A stretch of 64,000 nucleotides of DNA, taken from NCBI RefSeq assembly GCF_032062105.1, contig NW_026936410.1, positions 496,001-560,000 of the forward strand, read 5' to 3'. The translations under genes and the position numbers were made by a program. Below the pieces are notes generated by a model. It saw nothing but the letters and a program-made list of their open reading frames with translations, was not told the DNA's origin and made no database searches. The stretch comes from Saccostrea cucullata. Taxonomy: Eukaryota. Of this stretch, positions 1 to 14,500 are shown in pieces (within the stretch, counting starts at the first letter, position 1; each line of letters begins with the position of its first letter).

Positions 1-2571
1 AAGATTTTCTTTGCTCTGTTTGCTTGTTTATATTTAGTCATGTTGTATGGCTTAAGGGTAGATCGTGTCTGTAATGCTAGTGTTACTGAATATCTAGGCT
101 GATGGGCTTGGTAAGTACATAAGTTCTGTGAAATCCATAGTCATTTTTAAGTTTCTTCAAAATAGCTGGAGAACTGCTTCATAAATTCAAATATTAAATG
201 TATATCTTATAATGACATTTTTTTTTTTTTTTTTTTCTTTTTCATTTTATTAAAATGAAAAAAATATGAGAAAATGACATTTTATCACAGTCTTTCAATT
301 GAATAAAAAAATCTCTTCTTCTGAATTTCTAAGAATCAAGGTGTGTTATTATTGAAAAATAAATAATTGGAAGATTTTCCCACCTTTTTGCATGTTAGTT
401 TCCTGCGGACTTTTTCAATTGTTTTATCATCGACAGTGTCGTCCTCATCAACAGATGAGACACTTATCGTCACACAGTGTTTGTGAAACAGCTTTTTAAA
501 AGGCTTCTTAACTATTTTACCAAGCTTCAAAGGCATTTTCACAAAGAACAAACAGCAGATAATGTAATTTTGGTAACAAAAAAAACAAAACAAAAAAAAC
601 ACTAGGTCCAATGTCAGAGTTATGTCCCTTTACAAAGAATCTAGTTGTTTTCTTTGTCTCTTGCTACCAGTGAAGATGTATACCAAACACTTGTCTGTAG
701 ATACGCGATCACTCTGTGGAGCTGATGCATGGCTTCAGCATTGTGGTTAAACAGAGGTTCCCTTTCCTTCATTAAATCACACTTCCTTAAAATAGTAACT
801 GAGACTCCCCGAAATATGTTTTTTTAAATGTTCCAAATAAACTATAGAAGAGAAAACTAAATATACTACCGGTACTATAAAATCGAAAACTAACAGTACA
901 CACACTTCTCTCTCTCTCCAGTGAAATACAACTGCAGAGTAATGCTATAGAACAAATACCCCACCAATCGGAGAAGCTCTCCCAATCAGGGGCCTTACTT
1001 GGGGGTTTCAATTTCCTGCTTCTGAAAACAATCATCTTCCTCATAGTCCACAAAGGGAATTTCAAGATAGAAAATTTCTGTAAAATTTAGTGTGTTTCAG
1101 CAAATAAAAATTCTCAGAATTTTAAGTCTACATTTACAATATTCCTTTACAGGCCCCTTTTTGATGATCTACGTCTGATCTACATATGATCTACGTATAT
1201 ATTACAACACTTGCTCCAAATTCTACCCAGGACCAAGACCTGTCAAGTGCTGATCAGTCATTTAGCACATAACATTACAAGTCTCTCAACAACCCAATAT
1301 CAGTAGTCATATTCCAAATAACAAACACGGACAATGTTATGTCTGTATTTGCCCTCAACCTGTCCATATAGGAATGTACAGTCTGGCTATATATATCCCA
1401 GTTTCCAGTGTCTTCTTACTTGTACAAAACAAGACTGTTTTTTTTTTTATTTTTGCATCATTTCTTGGGGTAAAAGAAATGAAATACTTTAACCAATTTG
1501 AGAAATAAGATCATTAACAAAAGGCCTAATTTTACTTTTTCTTTCATAGAGAACAAATATTATTAATAATATAATTTACAACAATGAACAATATAGTAAC
1601 ACAATATTTCTCTCAAAGAAAATCTTTAAAATACGCTTGAATTATATGTTGTATATTTGTAGCAATTATGAATCAAATAAATAGAGTTTTAAACATCTCC
1701 AAACTTAATGTTTAAACTCTGGACTACACCAAGGCTGCAAAAGTCATTGCTTGCCTAACCCCCCTCCCCCTTTCCCACTCCAACCCAATATAACAAAAAA
1801 TGTCAAAATTAACAATGAAGGCAGAGAACACGGATTCAAATTCTAAATGAAAACAACATTACTTTATGTATCTACAAAAGATATCCTCCCAAATCAAAGC
1901 TAAACAGGAATTTAACAAAAGTTCTTGAATGCATAGCAGCTGGAAACAATTTACTGTAACACAAACAAGCAATGAGGAAAAACATTTTTCTCCTTAAAGC
2001 TGATGTGTTGGGTTGACAATTTTTTTTTTCATGCTCACTTACATCCTCCAATAGAACAACCAGGCTTTCCACAGTGGGGAAAATGAGCAAGCCCAGAGAC
2101 CTACTGCGAGTCTTCCGAGAAAAAAAGCAAAGATTGATCAACAAACAGGGCTCTCCATAATGAAATCATGGGACAGAGGTTGCAATTTTTTTTTAATTTT
2201 AATTTTTGGTAAAAAGCTTAAATGTATTCTTCGAGCTTCTTCATTTTATAACTATATGTAGACTGTTTTAGAAATTTATTAGTACGATTCTCTGTTATCC
2301 TTGACCTTTCAGTAAGACATGCCATACGGCTCATATGGCAAAGAGGTGGGGCTTAAAGTCATCTCATCGTTGTCAAAAACAATTTAAATTTGCTGATGTT
2401 TTAAATTTCTTAACCAGTAAGGATTTGAGAGACGCTAATTATGTAGCTTTGAGAATATCATGCCTCACTGCAAGTCCAAGGATGACAGAATATTGTACTA
2501 ATGGTGTGTATTGCTCAAAAAATGGATAAAAAATTCTAGAAAATAAATATTGGACTTGCTTTGAATCTTAC

Positions 2572-5500
2572 CATCTCATTACTGGTGATAATGCTGGACT
2601 GAGCTTGATCAAATACGATGCGACCACTGAAGGAATGGGAGTGGGGGACTCCATTGAAGGAATGTGTGGAGGCAGACTTCTGTATCTCCTGCTGGATATG
2701 GTGCTGGCTGCTAACCGTCATCTCATGACGAAGCTGTAACTTCTTAATTTCCTTCTTCTTCAAGCCTCTGATCCTGAAGCCCCTCTGATAATAAAACAGA
2801 TAAATGTCAGACAATAAAGATGGACCATACCTATCTGAAAACTATCTGATGTGTTATAATTGGTTCAGTTTTATTCTCCCTTGAGAAGCAAATTTTCTTT
2901 AAAAATGTTTACAAAGGACAAAGCTTTTCTTGTGTGAAGTATTCATACATGAAATAAGTCATTATCAACATAAAAGCAAAAGTTGGAAAATGTGAAAAGT
3001 TCCGTCAAATAAGAGGTCAAGGTCAAATATGACATTGACAATCACCAAATTTATATATGTAACTTGAATTACCTAGGTATACCTTTATTTAACTACAGTT
3101 AATTCTCGATAAACCGCCACCTTTTGTAATTTAGAAATCATGGCGGTATAACGAATTTGGCGATGAATCGAATTTCCCATCTTTTTAGAAAACAAGAAGT
3201 GGAGTTACCGTTCTTAGAAATACCATTCAAGCGTTTCTATTCTTATAATAAAATGTACATGTATAAAGACATATTTTTGATTGAAAATACTTCCAGTATT
3301 TTTTTATGTACAATTTCACTAAAACAAACTGTGCAGTAATGAAATAAAGACAAGTCATGTGTATTTAATATTATGTAAATCTGCACGTCTGATATTAAAA
3401 AAAAAACAAGCAGGGTCGATCGTCGTGATTTATTGCTGAAAGTACGTAAAATGAATTCTTGAATAAATTCATCGTTTATGGCATCATTGTTAATGAAACG
3501 TTCACAATTCATGCCGTATAATTATTTTTTCAGCAAACTTTGCATTAATTAAAGCAGACATCATCAAAATAATATCGTTATCCGCGCACTATAACAACGA
3601 CCGCTTTCATGGCGAAGCCATGACTAAATGATTTTTATTAAACAAAAAACAAAATTATTATAACAGTTCATGTTAAAATTATTATTTATTTTATTCTTGT
3701 TTAATTACTAAATTGCATGTACCTTGTCTGCCATTGCATGCTTTAAAACAGGGATAGCGTCAACTAATTAGCCGTGCTTCACTGACCGTTTGAATCTGTG
3801 GCGGTATATCGAGATAATTGACACTTAAAAATGGACGTTTGTTTTGAAAACAGGGTGGCGGATGGCGGAATTATCGCCATTCGATTCATTGACTGTACAG
3901 TCAATTCTCGAATTATCGCCATTCGATTCATCGCCATTTTCGCAATACCGCCATGATTTCCCCAGAACGTTTTTCCTGCTATATAAAATTCTCTTTATAG
4001 CGCCAAATTCACATACCGCCATCCGCCACCCTGTTTTCAAAACAAACGTCCATTTTTAAGTGTCAATTATCTCGATATACCGCCACAGATTCAAACGGTC
4101 AGTGAAGCACGGCTAATTAGTTGACGCTATCCCTGTTTTAAAGCATGCAATGGCAGACAAGGTACATACAATTTAGTAATTAAACAAGAATAAAATAAAT
4201 AATAATTTTAACATGAACTGTTATAATAATTTTGTTTTTTGTTTAATAAAAATCATTTAGTCACGGCTTTGCCATGAAAGCGGTCGTTGTTATAGTGCGC
4301 GGATAACGATATTATTTTGATGATGTCTGCTTTAATTAATGCAAAGTTTGCTGAAAAAATAATTATACGGCATGAATTGTGAACGTTTCATTTACAATGA
4401 TGCCATAAACAATGAATTTATTCAAGAATTCATTTTACGTACTTTCGGCAATAAAAAAAAGCACCCAGCTTGTTTTTTTTTTAATATACACGTGATTTAC
4501 ATAATATTAAATACACATGACTTGTCTTTATTTCATTACTGCACAATTTGTTTTAGTGAAATTGTACATAAAAAAATACTGGAAGTATTTTCAATCAAAA
4601 ATAGGTCTTTATACATGTACATTTTATTATAAGAATAGAAACGCTTGAATGGTTTTTAAAGTAATCCACTTCTTGTTTTCTAAAAAGATGGGAAATTCGA
4701 TTCATCGCCAAATTCGTTATACCGCCATGATTTCTAAATTACAAAAGGTGGCGGTTTATCGAGAATTAACTGTACTTGAATTGGCTTTATTATTAAGCTA
4801 TTAAATCACACATATTTCTTAAATTAGCACTTTCTTTCAAAGTGTACCAAAAATAGCACTTTGATACAGTGATAATTTTCAACTTTGAACTGATCTGAAT
4901 ACACTTCATGAAATTCTAACAGATTTTTTGAGATTAAACAATTACTTATTAAATGAAATAACAAAGAAGACCAGCAATGGTTAACATGGTTAATATGAAA
5001 TAATTATACTTATCCATGCTCCATTGCACACAAGGAGGTGTACAATTACTTAAACAATGGAAATACATATTTTCCTTAAAAGCATTCAAATGCAGCAATG
5101 CTTAGTCCATCAATGCTCTACATTGCTATTTGAAAACTCCCTAGTAAAAATACTAGTAGTGACATATAAATTTTTGTTCATTTAAATAAAAGGCAAAATT
5201 TTGAAAACTTAGCTGAATAAATTAGGCTTTTTCAAGAGCCAAATAAAGCTACAGTAGGTTATTCAAACTACATAGCTAAGTACTGTGATTTTTGTACCTG
5301 AATGCTGAATTTATATGGAATTTGATGAATTTATTTTAAAGTTGTTTTTTTTAATATTAAATGGCAAATGGCAATGCAGAATGAGGAATTAGAAGAGTCA
5401 AGGTCACACAGTCAAAAGGTCAATGACAGAGACTCATGACACAACTAGACTGCTCTTACCAATCTTTGTATGAAGCTTGATAAAATATATAATTATATAA

Positions 5501-8500
5501 TATGTTTATATTTACTACCTTCAGCAGTTTCTCTACAGGGAACGGCATATTGGTACAAAATTGTCGAATTCTTTCAGACACAGTGAAAGTATCTGTAATT
5601 ACCCCATGGTGGTGCTGTTTAGCTGAAACTGAAATCAAAAGAGAACCACTCAGTTATTACTGTTCTAGTTTTCCCCCCTTTCATCATGTTCACTGTAAAA
5701 ACAGCTCATCTTTTTGTAGATTAAAACAACTCACCTACAATAATAATCTTATCATTAATACAATTCATATAATGATTACTTGAATTCTTTTAGTGGACTT
5801 TTGAAGAAAAACCTGATCATGTAGAACATAGAGGCGATTAAAGGGACATTAGGAAATCATTTTAAAAATGGGTGGGAAAGGAAAAGGCAAAGAAAAACAA
5901 TAAAAAAAACGAAAAAAGAAAAATAGTGAAGATACGAGCATAACAACAGATAATGAACAATTAGATCAATCAGATTATGACTCATTACCTTTGAGTGAAG
6001 TTATTGGGCAGGCCGAAAGAGTCCTATATGGAGACAGTGCTAAAATATCACCCCCAGGCCCAGCCACATCCACCCCTACCGGAAATTTTGATCACGTTTT
6101 TAGGGAATCAAATGACAAAATAGTGAAGCAAATCAGAGATACTAATAGAAAACTAGACACTGCGATCAAAAAGTTGACTAAGCTTGATTCAATCGAACAA
6201 ACGCTATTTTCTCTAGATTCAAGACTATCACAGGTTGAAACGAAGGTGTAAATTATTGAAAATAGGGCTAGTGTAGCAGACAAAAAATTGTTAAATGTAG
6301 AAGAAAAAACTACGGAAGTAGAAAGATGTGCTAGTTTCGTATCCAATAAAGTAGACGATTTTCAGAAGGTACTACAATATGTTACAAGCTGAAAAAATCC
6401 AAAAAGAACTATTTGATGAAGTAAGAAGAGACGTGAAACAATTACAAACTGAAAAAGAAGATATAGGACAGCTTAAAGACACAGTGGTGGACCTTCAGTG
6501 GCGTTCCATGAAATACAATTTAGTGTTCACTGGTTTAGCTGGAGAATCGAAAGATGAAGATACCGAGACTAACTACGAGAATTCATCTATTATGAATTAG
6601 GGATTGACTGGAGGCTGGAATTTGGTAATGTTCACCGTTTCGGGAGGTTTCAACAGAATAAAAACAGACCAATTGTGGCAAAATTTCTATACGAAAGTGA
6701 ACGAGTCAGTGTTTTGGAAAGGGCGTACAGATTAAAAGGATCGGGATATGGTATCTATGAACAATTCCCCAGCGCAACGTAGAAAACAAATTTACCCAAT
6801 CGTGAAGCAACTACGAAACCAAGGACATTGAACAAAGCTTGTTAAAGATCGGCTATATGTAAATGGTAAACCATACAGAACCGACAATAATGTCAACTTT
6901 GGGCAAGCACAGCTAAAGGGGTGGCAGTCTACGCAACTACAACAAAGAAACGCAGTCGTACGACCTACTGACACAAACGTTCAGCCACTGGACAGGGAAT
7001 GTTAACAAAGGTTTAAAAACTAAGTTGGACGATCTTGAATTTGTTGATATCATAAAAGCGTATGATATAATCATTTTGTTAGAATGTTGGATAACAAATA
7101 ATGATCATTTGGAATTACAATGTTATGATAGTTACATTTTTCCAAGAACAAGTGGAAAAGGAGGTGGTGTTGTAATTTTTGTTAAAAGCATTTTGGATAT
7201 AAAAATATCAGTAGTTGATCCATTTTGTAACTCTGTGGTGTGGCTACAAGTTGAAAATAAGTTGAACGTGCATTGTAAACCAGTCTTTATTGCTGCATGT
7301 TACATACCGCCAGAAAACAGTGTGTTCTATAAAAAAGAAAATGTTGATTTTTTTCAATATCTTGAAGAATCTTATTCTGATTTTTATAACAAAGGCTGCG
7401 TATATGTCACAGGCGATTTTAATGCTAGATGTGGAAATCTAGAAGATTTTATTCTTAACGATGTATTGGAAGAATCGTTAGCGAATAACATACAGTTTTT
7501 GGTAAACTACGACACTAAGCGTGCAAACGAAACTGGTAGATTTAGTATGGATAAAGGAATTAATAATTTTGGTAAAAAATTGATAAATTTGTGTCAAACT
7601 ACAGGATTACGCATTGCTAATGGTAGAAAGGAAAATGATTGTAATGGCAATATTACTTTTTTAATGCAAACGGTACAAGCACTATAGATTATTTATTGAC
7701 GGACATGAATACATTAGATACTTTTTTTAATTTCCAAACGGGGAAATTTAATACTTTTTCTGACCATGCACCTCTTACTTTTGTCATAAAAACTAATTTC
7801 TTAAATACAAGTGTCGAGTATACTGAAAATACCAAAATAGGCAATGAATATGAATCTAGGATTTCATGTAAATCAGTCAAATGGAAAGAAGGTTCTGATC
7901 TTGATGCTATTAGTACAATAAGAGAAATTCAGGATGTTTTTCTTTCATATGTCGATAAATCATTCAATACACAAGAGGAGATAGATATTTCTGTGGAGAA
8001 TTTCAGTAAGACATTGTGTGATATCATGACACCTTTTTGTAAAGTCACTGGAGGTCTTGTACAAACAGATCAGAAAATAAGTAATGATAAACCCTGGTTT
8101 AAAATGACATCTGTAAGTCTAAATATAAAGACTATACAGAAAGTCTGCACGTATATTTAATACTAATAAATGTTCTGTGAACAGAAACTCACTTTGTGAT
8201 AAGAGACGTGATTTTAAAAAAAACTGCAAATAAATATAGGCACATCTATGAAAGATACCAGGGAAATAACATGGAATATTTAAGAAAGCATAACCCAAGA
8301 CAATTTTTTAAGTTATTTAAGAATAAGAAAAAACTAGATAATGATATAACAGCAGAGCAATTTTTTGAACATTTTAAGAGTGTTTTTGAGAACAAGAACG
8401 AATCTAACGTTACTGACGACGGTGTTGAACACCACTCAGCTTCGTGTTATGAGGAACTAGATACGTGTATATCAGAATTAGAAGTCGAGAGAGCAATTTT

Positions 8501-11500
8501 GAAACTCAAATGTAACAAGAGTAACGCAGATGATGGTGTAATTAATGAATTTTTTATTAAATGTAAAGAAGTTATGATTCCTATTCTATGTAAATTATTT
8601 AACAATATTTTTGATTCTGGTATGTATCCAGATAGCTGGTCAAAGGGATGTATTGTACCAATTTTCAAAAAGGGCGGATTACAGGACCCAAATAATTACA
8701 GAGGCATAACTTTGGTTAGCTGTCTAGCGAATCTATTTACGTGTATTTTGAATAATAGATTGTTAGAATGGGACCAAAAATATAATATTATTACAGACGC
8801 TCAGTTTGGTTTTAAGCCAGGTGCAAGTACAATTGACGCTATTTTTATTTTACAAAGTTTAATTAACAAGACATTGAGAAACAAAAAGAGATTATATTGT
8901 TGCTTTGTAGATTATTCAAAAGCTTTTCATTTAATTAACAGATCCAAGTTATGGTACAAGATACAAACAGAGGGTATACAAGGAAAAATGTTATGTATTA
9001 TTAAGTCGTTATATAAGAATGTTAGAGCCTGTATAAAACACCAAGGTACATTGACTGATACATTTCGTATATCTGCGGGTGTTCTGCAGGGAGAAATATT
9101 ATCGCCTGTACTATTTTCCATGTATCTAAATGATTTTGAACGACATTTTATTGAAAATAATTGTGCCTCAGTTGAACTTCAAATGATTAATTTGTTTCTA
9201 ATAATGTACGCAGATGATACAGTCTTAATAGCGGAATCAGTTGAAAGTTTACAAGAAATGTTAAACACTCTGTATAGCTATACAAAAGAATGGAATTTAA
9301 CTGTAAATGTACAAAAAACGAAAATTGTAGTTTTTAGAAATGGAAAGTATGTAAGAGATGAAGAAAAATGGACATATAATGGTAAAAATTTGGAAGTTGT
9401 AAATCAATTTAATTATTTAGGATTATTATTTAACTATAATGGGAAATTCTTATCTACACAGAAGCAGTGTGCAACACAAGGTAACAAGGCATTGTTTAGT
9501 ATTTATAGTAAGATGAAAGATTTAAATTTCAATGTTGAGACTCAGATCAATGTTTTTGATACTTATGTTAAAAGTGTGTTATGCTATGGAGCTGAAATTT
9601 GGGGTTTTCACAAAGGTCCAGATGTTGAAAGAGTACATATTAATTTTTGTAAAAGAATACTTGGTGTAAGAAAAAATACCTGTAATAGTGCTGTTTATTA
9701 TGAGTTAGGTAGAATACCACTAGATATATACAGAAAGCTCAGAATATTAAAATATTGGTTAAAATTAAGAAAAAGTAATAATTGTATTTTGAGTGCATGT
9801 TATCAAGATTTATGGTAGAGAATAAAGATCCCTGGGTTATGAGTATAAAAAATGAAATGTACACTCTAGGTTTAGCTGACTTGTTTCATAGTAATCAAAA
9901 AGATAGCATTTTATTAGACATAATATACAATAGAATGTGTGACGTTTTTAAACAGAAGGCTATATCTGATATATGTAAGTCACCAAAATGTATGTTTATA
10001 AGCATTTAGTTGATTATTTTTGTTTACAAGGTTATTTAAAGAAACCCATCCATGTAAAATATAGAAAAGCAATTTCATGTCTCAGACTTTCAGCACATAA
10101 TTTAAAGATTGAAACTGGAAGATACGAGAACTTAATAAGGAGTGATAGGAAATGTGTTCTGTGTAATTTAAATGATATTGAAGACGAATTTCATTTTTTA
10201 TTCATTTGTCCAGTTTTTCACGATTTAAGAAACAAGTTCATCAAACATTACTACTCCCGAAGACCAAGTGTCTTCAAGTTAATACAATTATTCTGTAGTA
10301 CAAATACGAAAGATGTAAATCAGTTAGGGAAATATATATATCATGCTAATAAATTACGAATGGAATGTTTAAATCAATTAGCTATATAATAAAATGTATG
10401 TATTACTAGTTGGTAAGTTTATAACATGTTATTGTACTGTGTATGTAATTGATAAATACAATGTTGTACTTATGATGCTTATGGGATGTACGTCCCACGG
10501 AATAAAGAACTGAACTGAACTAAAAAAAAAAATGTATATACAATTAAGAAATCAATAAAACATTAATTATACCAGTCAACAGGGGGAAAGGGGAGGCTAC
10601 TGTCAGGAGTATACTAAACATTGTTCTGTTACTCTGAGACTCTGGATCATTAACTTTGCTTACTTATTATGTTAATGAGTATGGCTAGAATAATTACTTA
10701 CTTCAGTAAATTGAGTTTAATGAGATTAGTTAATTACCTTAGTAATTTGTAAATGAGTATGGCTTGAGCAGTTACCTATTTGAGTATTTTGTAAATGAGT
10801 ATAGCTAGAACAATTACTTACCCCAGTAAATTGAGTTTAATGGGAACACTTAATTAAATGAGTATGGCTTGAACAGTTACTTACATGTATCTGAGTATTT
10901 TGTAAATGAGTATAGCTAGAACAATTACTTACCTGAGTATTTTGTAAATAAGATTAGTATAGCTAGCACAATTCTGTATAGCACTTTCACTCCTTCAACT
11001 AAATAGCAGTCCAGAATTCTCACCTGTAAAGTAAACCCCAAAATTCAACATTATAGCTGAGGTTCTTTTCAAATGAAAACTTTAACAAATGTCTAGTGTC
11101 TTGATCAACATGTTAAAAAGAGTGTGCTTTTTAAGAAAAAAAGGTTGTTACTGCTTTATGTGGGATAAACTGTGTCATGAAGGCTTGAATCTAATGGATA
11201 TTTACTCAAAAAAGGTTTCACTGATTTATTGCTAATAGATTAAATCTTATCGTATAGCACAGATCTTTTCTTGATAAAACACCAATAAATGACCAATTTT
11301 GTTTACTTTTAAAATGAATAACACATGGTTGTGTCAGTGTCTCCATTCTATTATCTATTGCAGTCAATGACCGATTGTAATATAGGTATAGGGGAGGAGT
11401 TATCTCTCCTGACGATACTCTTCAATCCTCATGATTTATGTGTCAACACACACATATCAGATCTTGATATTGCTAAATCTCATACTATGAAATTATTTAA

Positions 11501-14500
11501 CACACATACAGATACATCTATTTTTTATATTAAAAGTACTTTTAACCCCTTATGTGGTACTTTTCATTAGTAAATTTAAATCCTTTATTTATTTTACAAA
11601 GATTTTTTTTATTTTGCATTTCTGTTCAATGTATAATGATTTAAAAAAAAAATAAAATAAGCCTTTGAAACTGAAACACTCTTTGCCATTTTTAACTTTC
11701 TGTTTATAAATACAAATATATACAATCTACCTTACAACTCAAAAGAAAATAATGTAGCCCCAAATTTAGACAAGGCAATTCAGATATTAAGGTCATACGC
11801 AACGTAGTTTGAACTTTATTGGGTTCTTCCCTGGAGTTGAAGAGTTCCACTAAATAAAGGACCTGTGTGCAGTACTTTTAATGTCTATATATGGATTTGA
11901 ACACTTCTTTTAAAACATTAAATTTTGATGGAAAAAAACACAGGCACTTGTTTCAGGAATAAATTTTAACCCCTAGTATAATAAGTATTATACTATGGGT
12001 CAAACATTTATTACAGAAACAAGTGCCTGTGGAAAAAAATCAGGAAATAATTAATGTTTTGTAATTCTTATATATTTTTCTTTGAATAATGCAAAAATTT
12101 TCATTATTTGATATCTTCCAAAAACCTCTGGTAATGCCTACTGAGTTTTTGTCTATGAACATCTGATAGCACAATAATCTTAAATTAAGAATATCTTGAA
12201 AAATTATCAGTAGGTAAGGTACCTTGTGTATGTCTTAAAAAAGATACTTGAGTCTTGCATCATTATTATTATGATAAAAATATATGATTAATATTTGTCC
12301 TTCACAATACTGGATAAAGCTGGTAAAAACTTTCTACTTCAACACATATATGCAGCAGCGTATCAGTATAAATCTGAGGTCAGGCCTGATAACAAAAATA
12401 AAAGACTATCCTAAAGTACGCAGAATGGTACAAAGGGGTACCAATACCGCATAATCACACGAAGGTGAGATATATATTTCAAAATCCTTGATTTTTTATC
12501 TCAGTTTATAAATGATATCATTGATTCATTATTGTTCAGGCATTTGTTACATAAGATTTCAGTTTCATTTTTTTTTTAAATTAAGAAGCTGGATTTTAGA
12601 CAAAAAGTGTAATATTTTAAATATTAAATTTAAAGAATTTTTTAAATTGTATTATTTTCATAAGTCACCTACAGATAATTTAATTTGTTGATATATTTCA
12701 TACACAGGTGAACATATTTCCTGTTTAGAAATTCCCATTTTTTTTCATCTAAAATTAATGGGTACAATTAATACACCTAAAGCTATATGTCAGTTACTGC
12801 GATATTTACTACAGGGAAATATAAACAGTCATGTGATTATAAAACTGTCATAAAAGTTAATGAACCCATTCTAAGCGTTAGAACAAGAACGGTGTACATA
12901 TGTGTGAATAGGTGCATTCCTACATTGTTAACTGTACACAAAATAAATGCATTTTTTTAAATAAGCAACATTTATAAAGTATTCATTCTTAGAATTTCAG
13001 TCATTCTTATATAAATTGATTTCTAGCATAAAAGCATTTCCAACAGAGAAATGAGAAACTCATTTTTATTATTTATAAGGAAAAGCTTTAAAGATTCCAA
13101 AGACACAAATGTCATTTTTGCCATGTTTGGGAGAAATGATATAGATCTACTGACTCCCTACTGAAGTTGACAAAAGACATTAGACATCCTGGGACTGTAT
13201 TTTTAAAAACAAATCTGGTATATGACTACACAGTCTTGATACAAAGGTATTTTCATGCTTTGATGTATAATGATACGAGTCAGTCTCAAATGTTTTATGA
13301 GGTTAGTGCCACAAGAGACGACTTACAAAGTGAGGAATACTTACAATGTGTGGGAAGGGTAGGTCAGAAAACAGCCACCACATCCAGGTATCAAACACAG
13401 ATGTTATGTCACTGCTGTGTCGGACCAAGTAAACATAAGCTGATTTCTGTAAAAAATATAAAATAGGTCCAAGGTTTAATTCTTACATGATTCTCCCATC
13501 ATTAAACATATGCTCTGAGATAAAACATCCTTTTTTTTTTTAACCTTTTTTTCATTTATACAACAATCTCTCTCTCTTTTAATTGTTTTTTCAAAAAATT
13601 TTGATGTCAATATTGCATAACAAACACACAAACACTTTTACTACTGCTTTTAGGACAATGTTGTTTTAAAGAGTTTCCTTTATATCATTCCTGAGTTCAA
13701 ATTTTGATCAGCATTTGCCTTACTTTTACTTCCTACTCCAATATTTAAAGCACAAATTGGTACAAATTTCAAGTTTTCTTATTCAAATTATTTACTGCAT
13801 ATTTTTTGGTAAGATCTCGAAGTACAAGTTTGGAAGCCTCCACAGCAACTTTGGTCTGCATGATGCAGGCATCTTTGGAGCGCAGTAAAGCATATATACA
13901 GTTAAAAGCATCGGAGGGTCCCATGTAGTGGAGGAATATACTCAGCTTGGCGTACAGTGTGGGACAGTACAAAATTTCTGGATTGGTATTTTGGATTATA
14001 GCGAGGATTTTGGCCACAGTTTTGGTTCCTTGTTCAGAAAGGTGATAGGAGGTAAGGTTATTAAAATCCACAAACGGAGGTAAAGCTATATCATCTGTGT
14101 TTCCTGGAAAGATAATAAAGTACTTGTGCATGTTTTCACATGATAAAAATTATCATAGGAGGACTTTTAACACTTTACATAAATAACAAGTAAAAACATA
14201 TCCAACCAATAGAGCTTATTAGGAAATACCTGTTATACTAAAAAAATACAACTTAAATATGTAGAATGTTTTCATATCTGAGGAAGATTCAGAATCTGAT
14301 GAAATCCAAATAAACATGAACAAAAAGTTATATACATATAACTTACTTTGGTGAAAAAGATCTTTCTCATAGTCATCATACAGATTGCCTTTAGCTTTAT
14401 GAAGAGTTTCACAGACTTTGACCCAGAGTTGACCTCGGATAGTGTGGTGGGTATCCCAGGAGTTCTTTCTGTGGAAGTCTTTGAGCTCCTTATTACTGTT

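Noticed and set aside
787-1065. 92-aa minus-strand ORF
   Set aside because: Non-ATG start, no recognisable domain and no convincing splice signals.
3243-4632. Mirror-image ORF pairs (3825-4040/3844-4059 and 3243-3512/4372-4632)
   Set aside because: These are by-products of the MITE palindrome and show no protein-like features.
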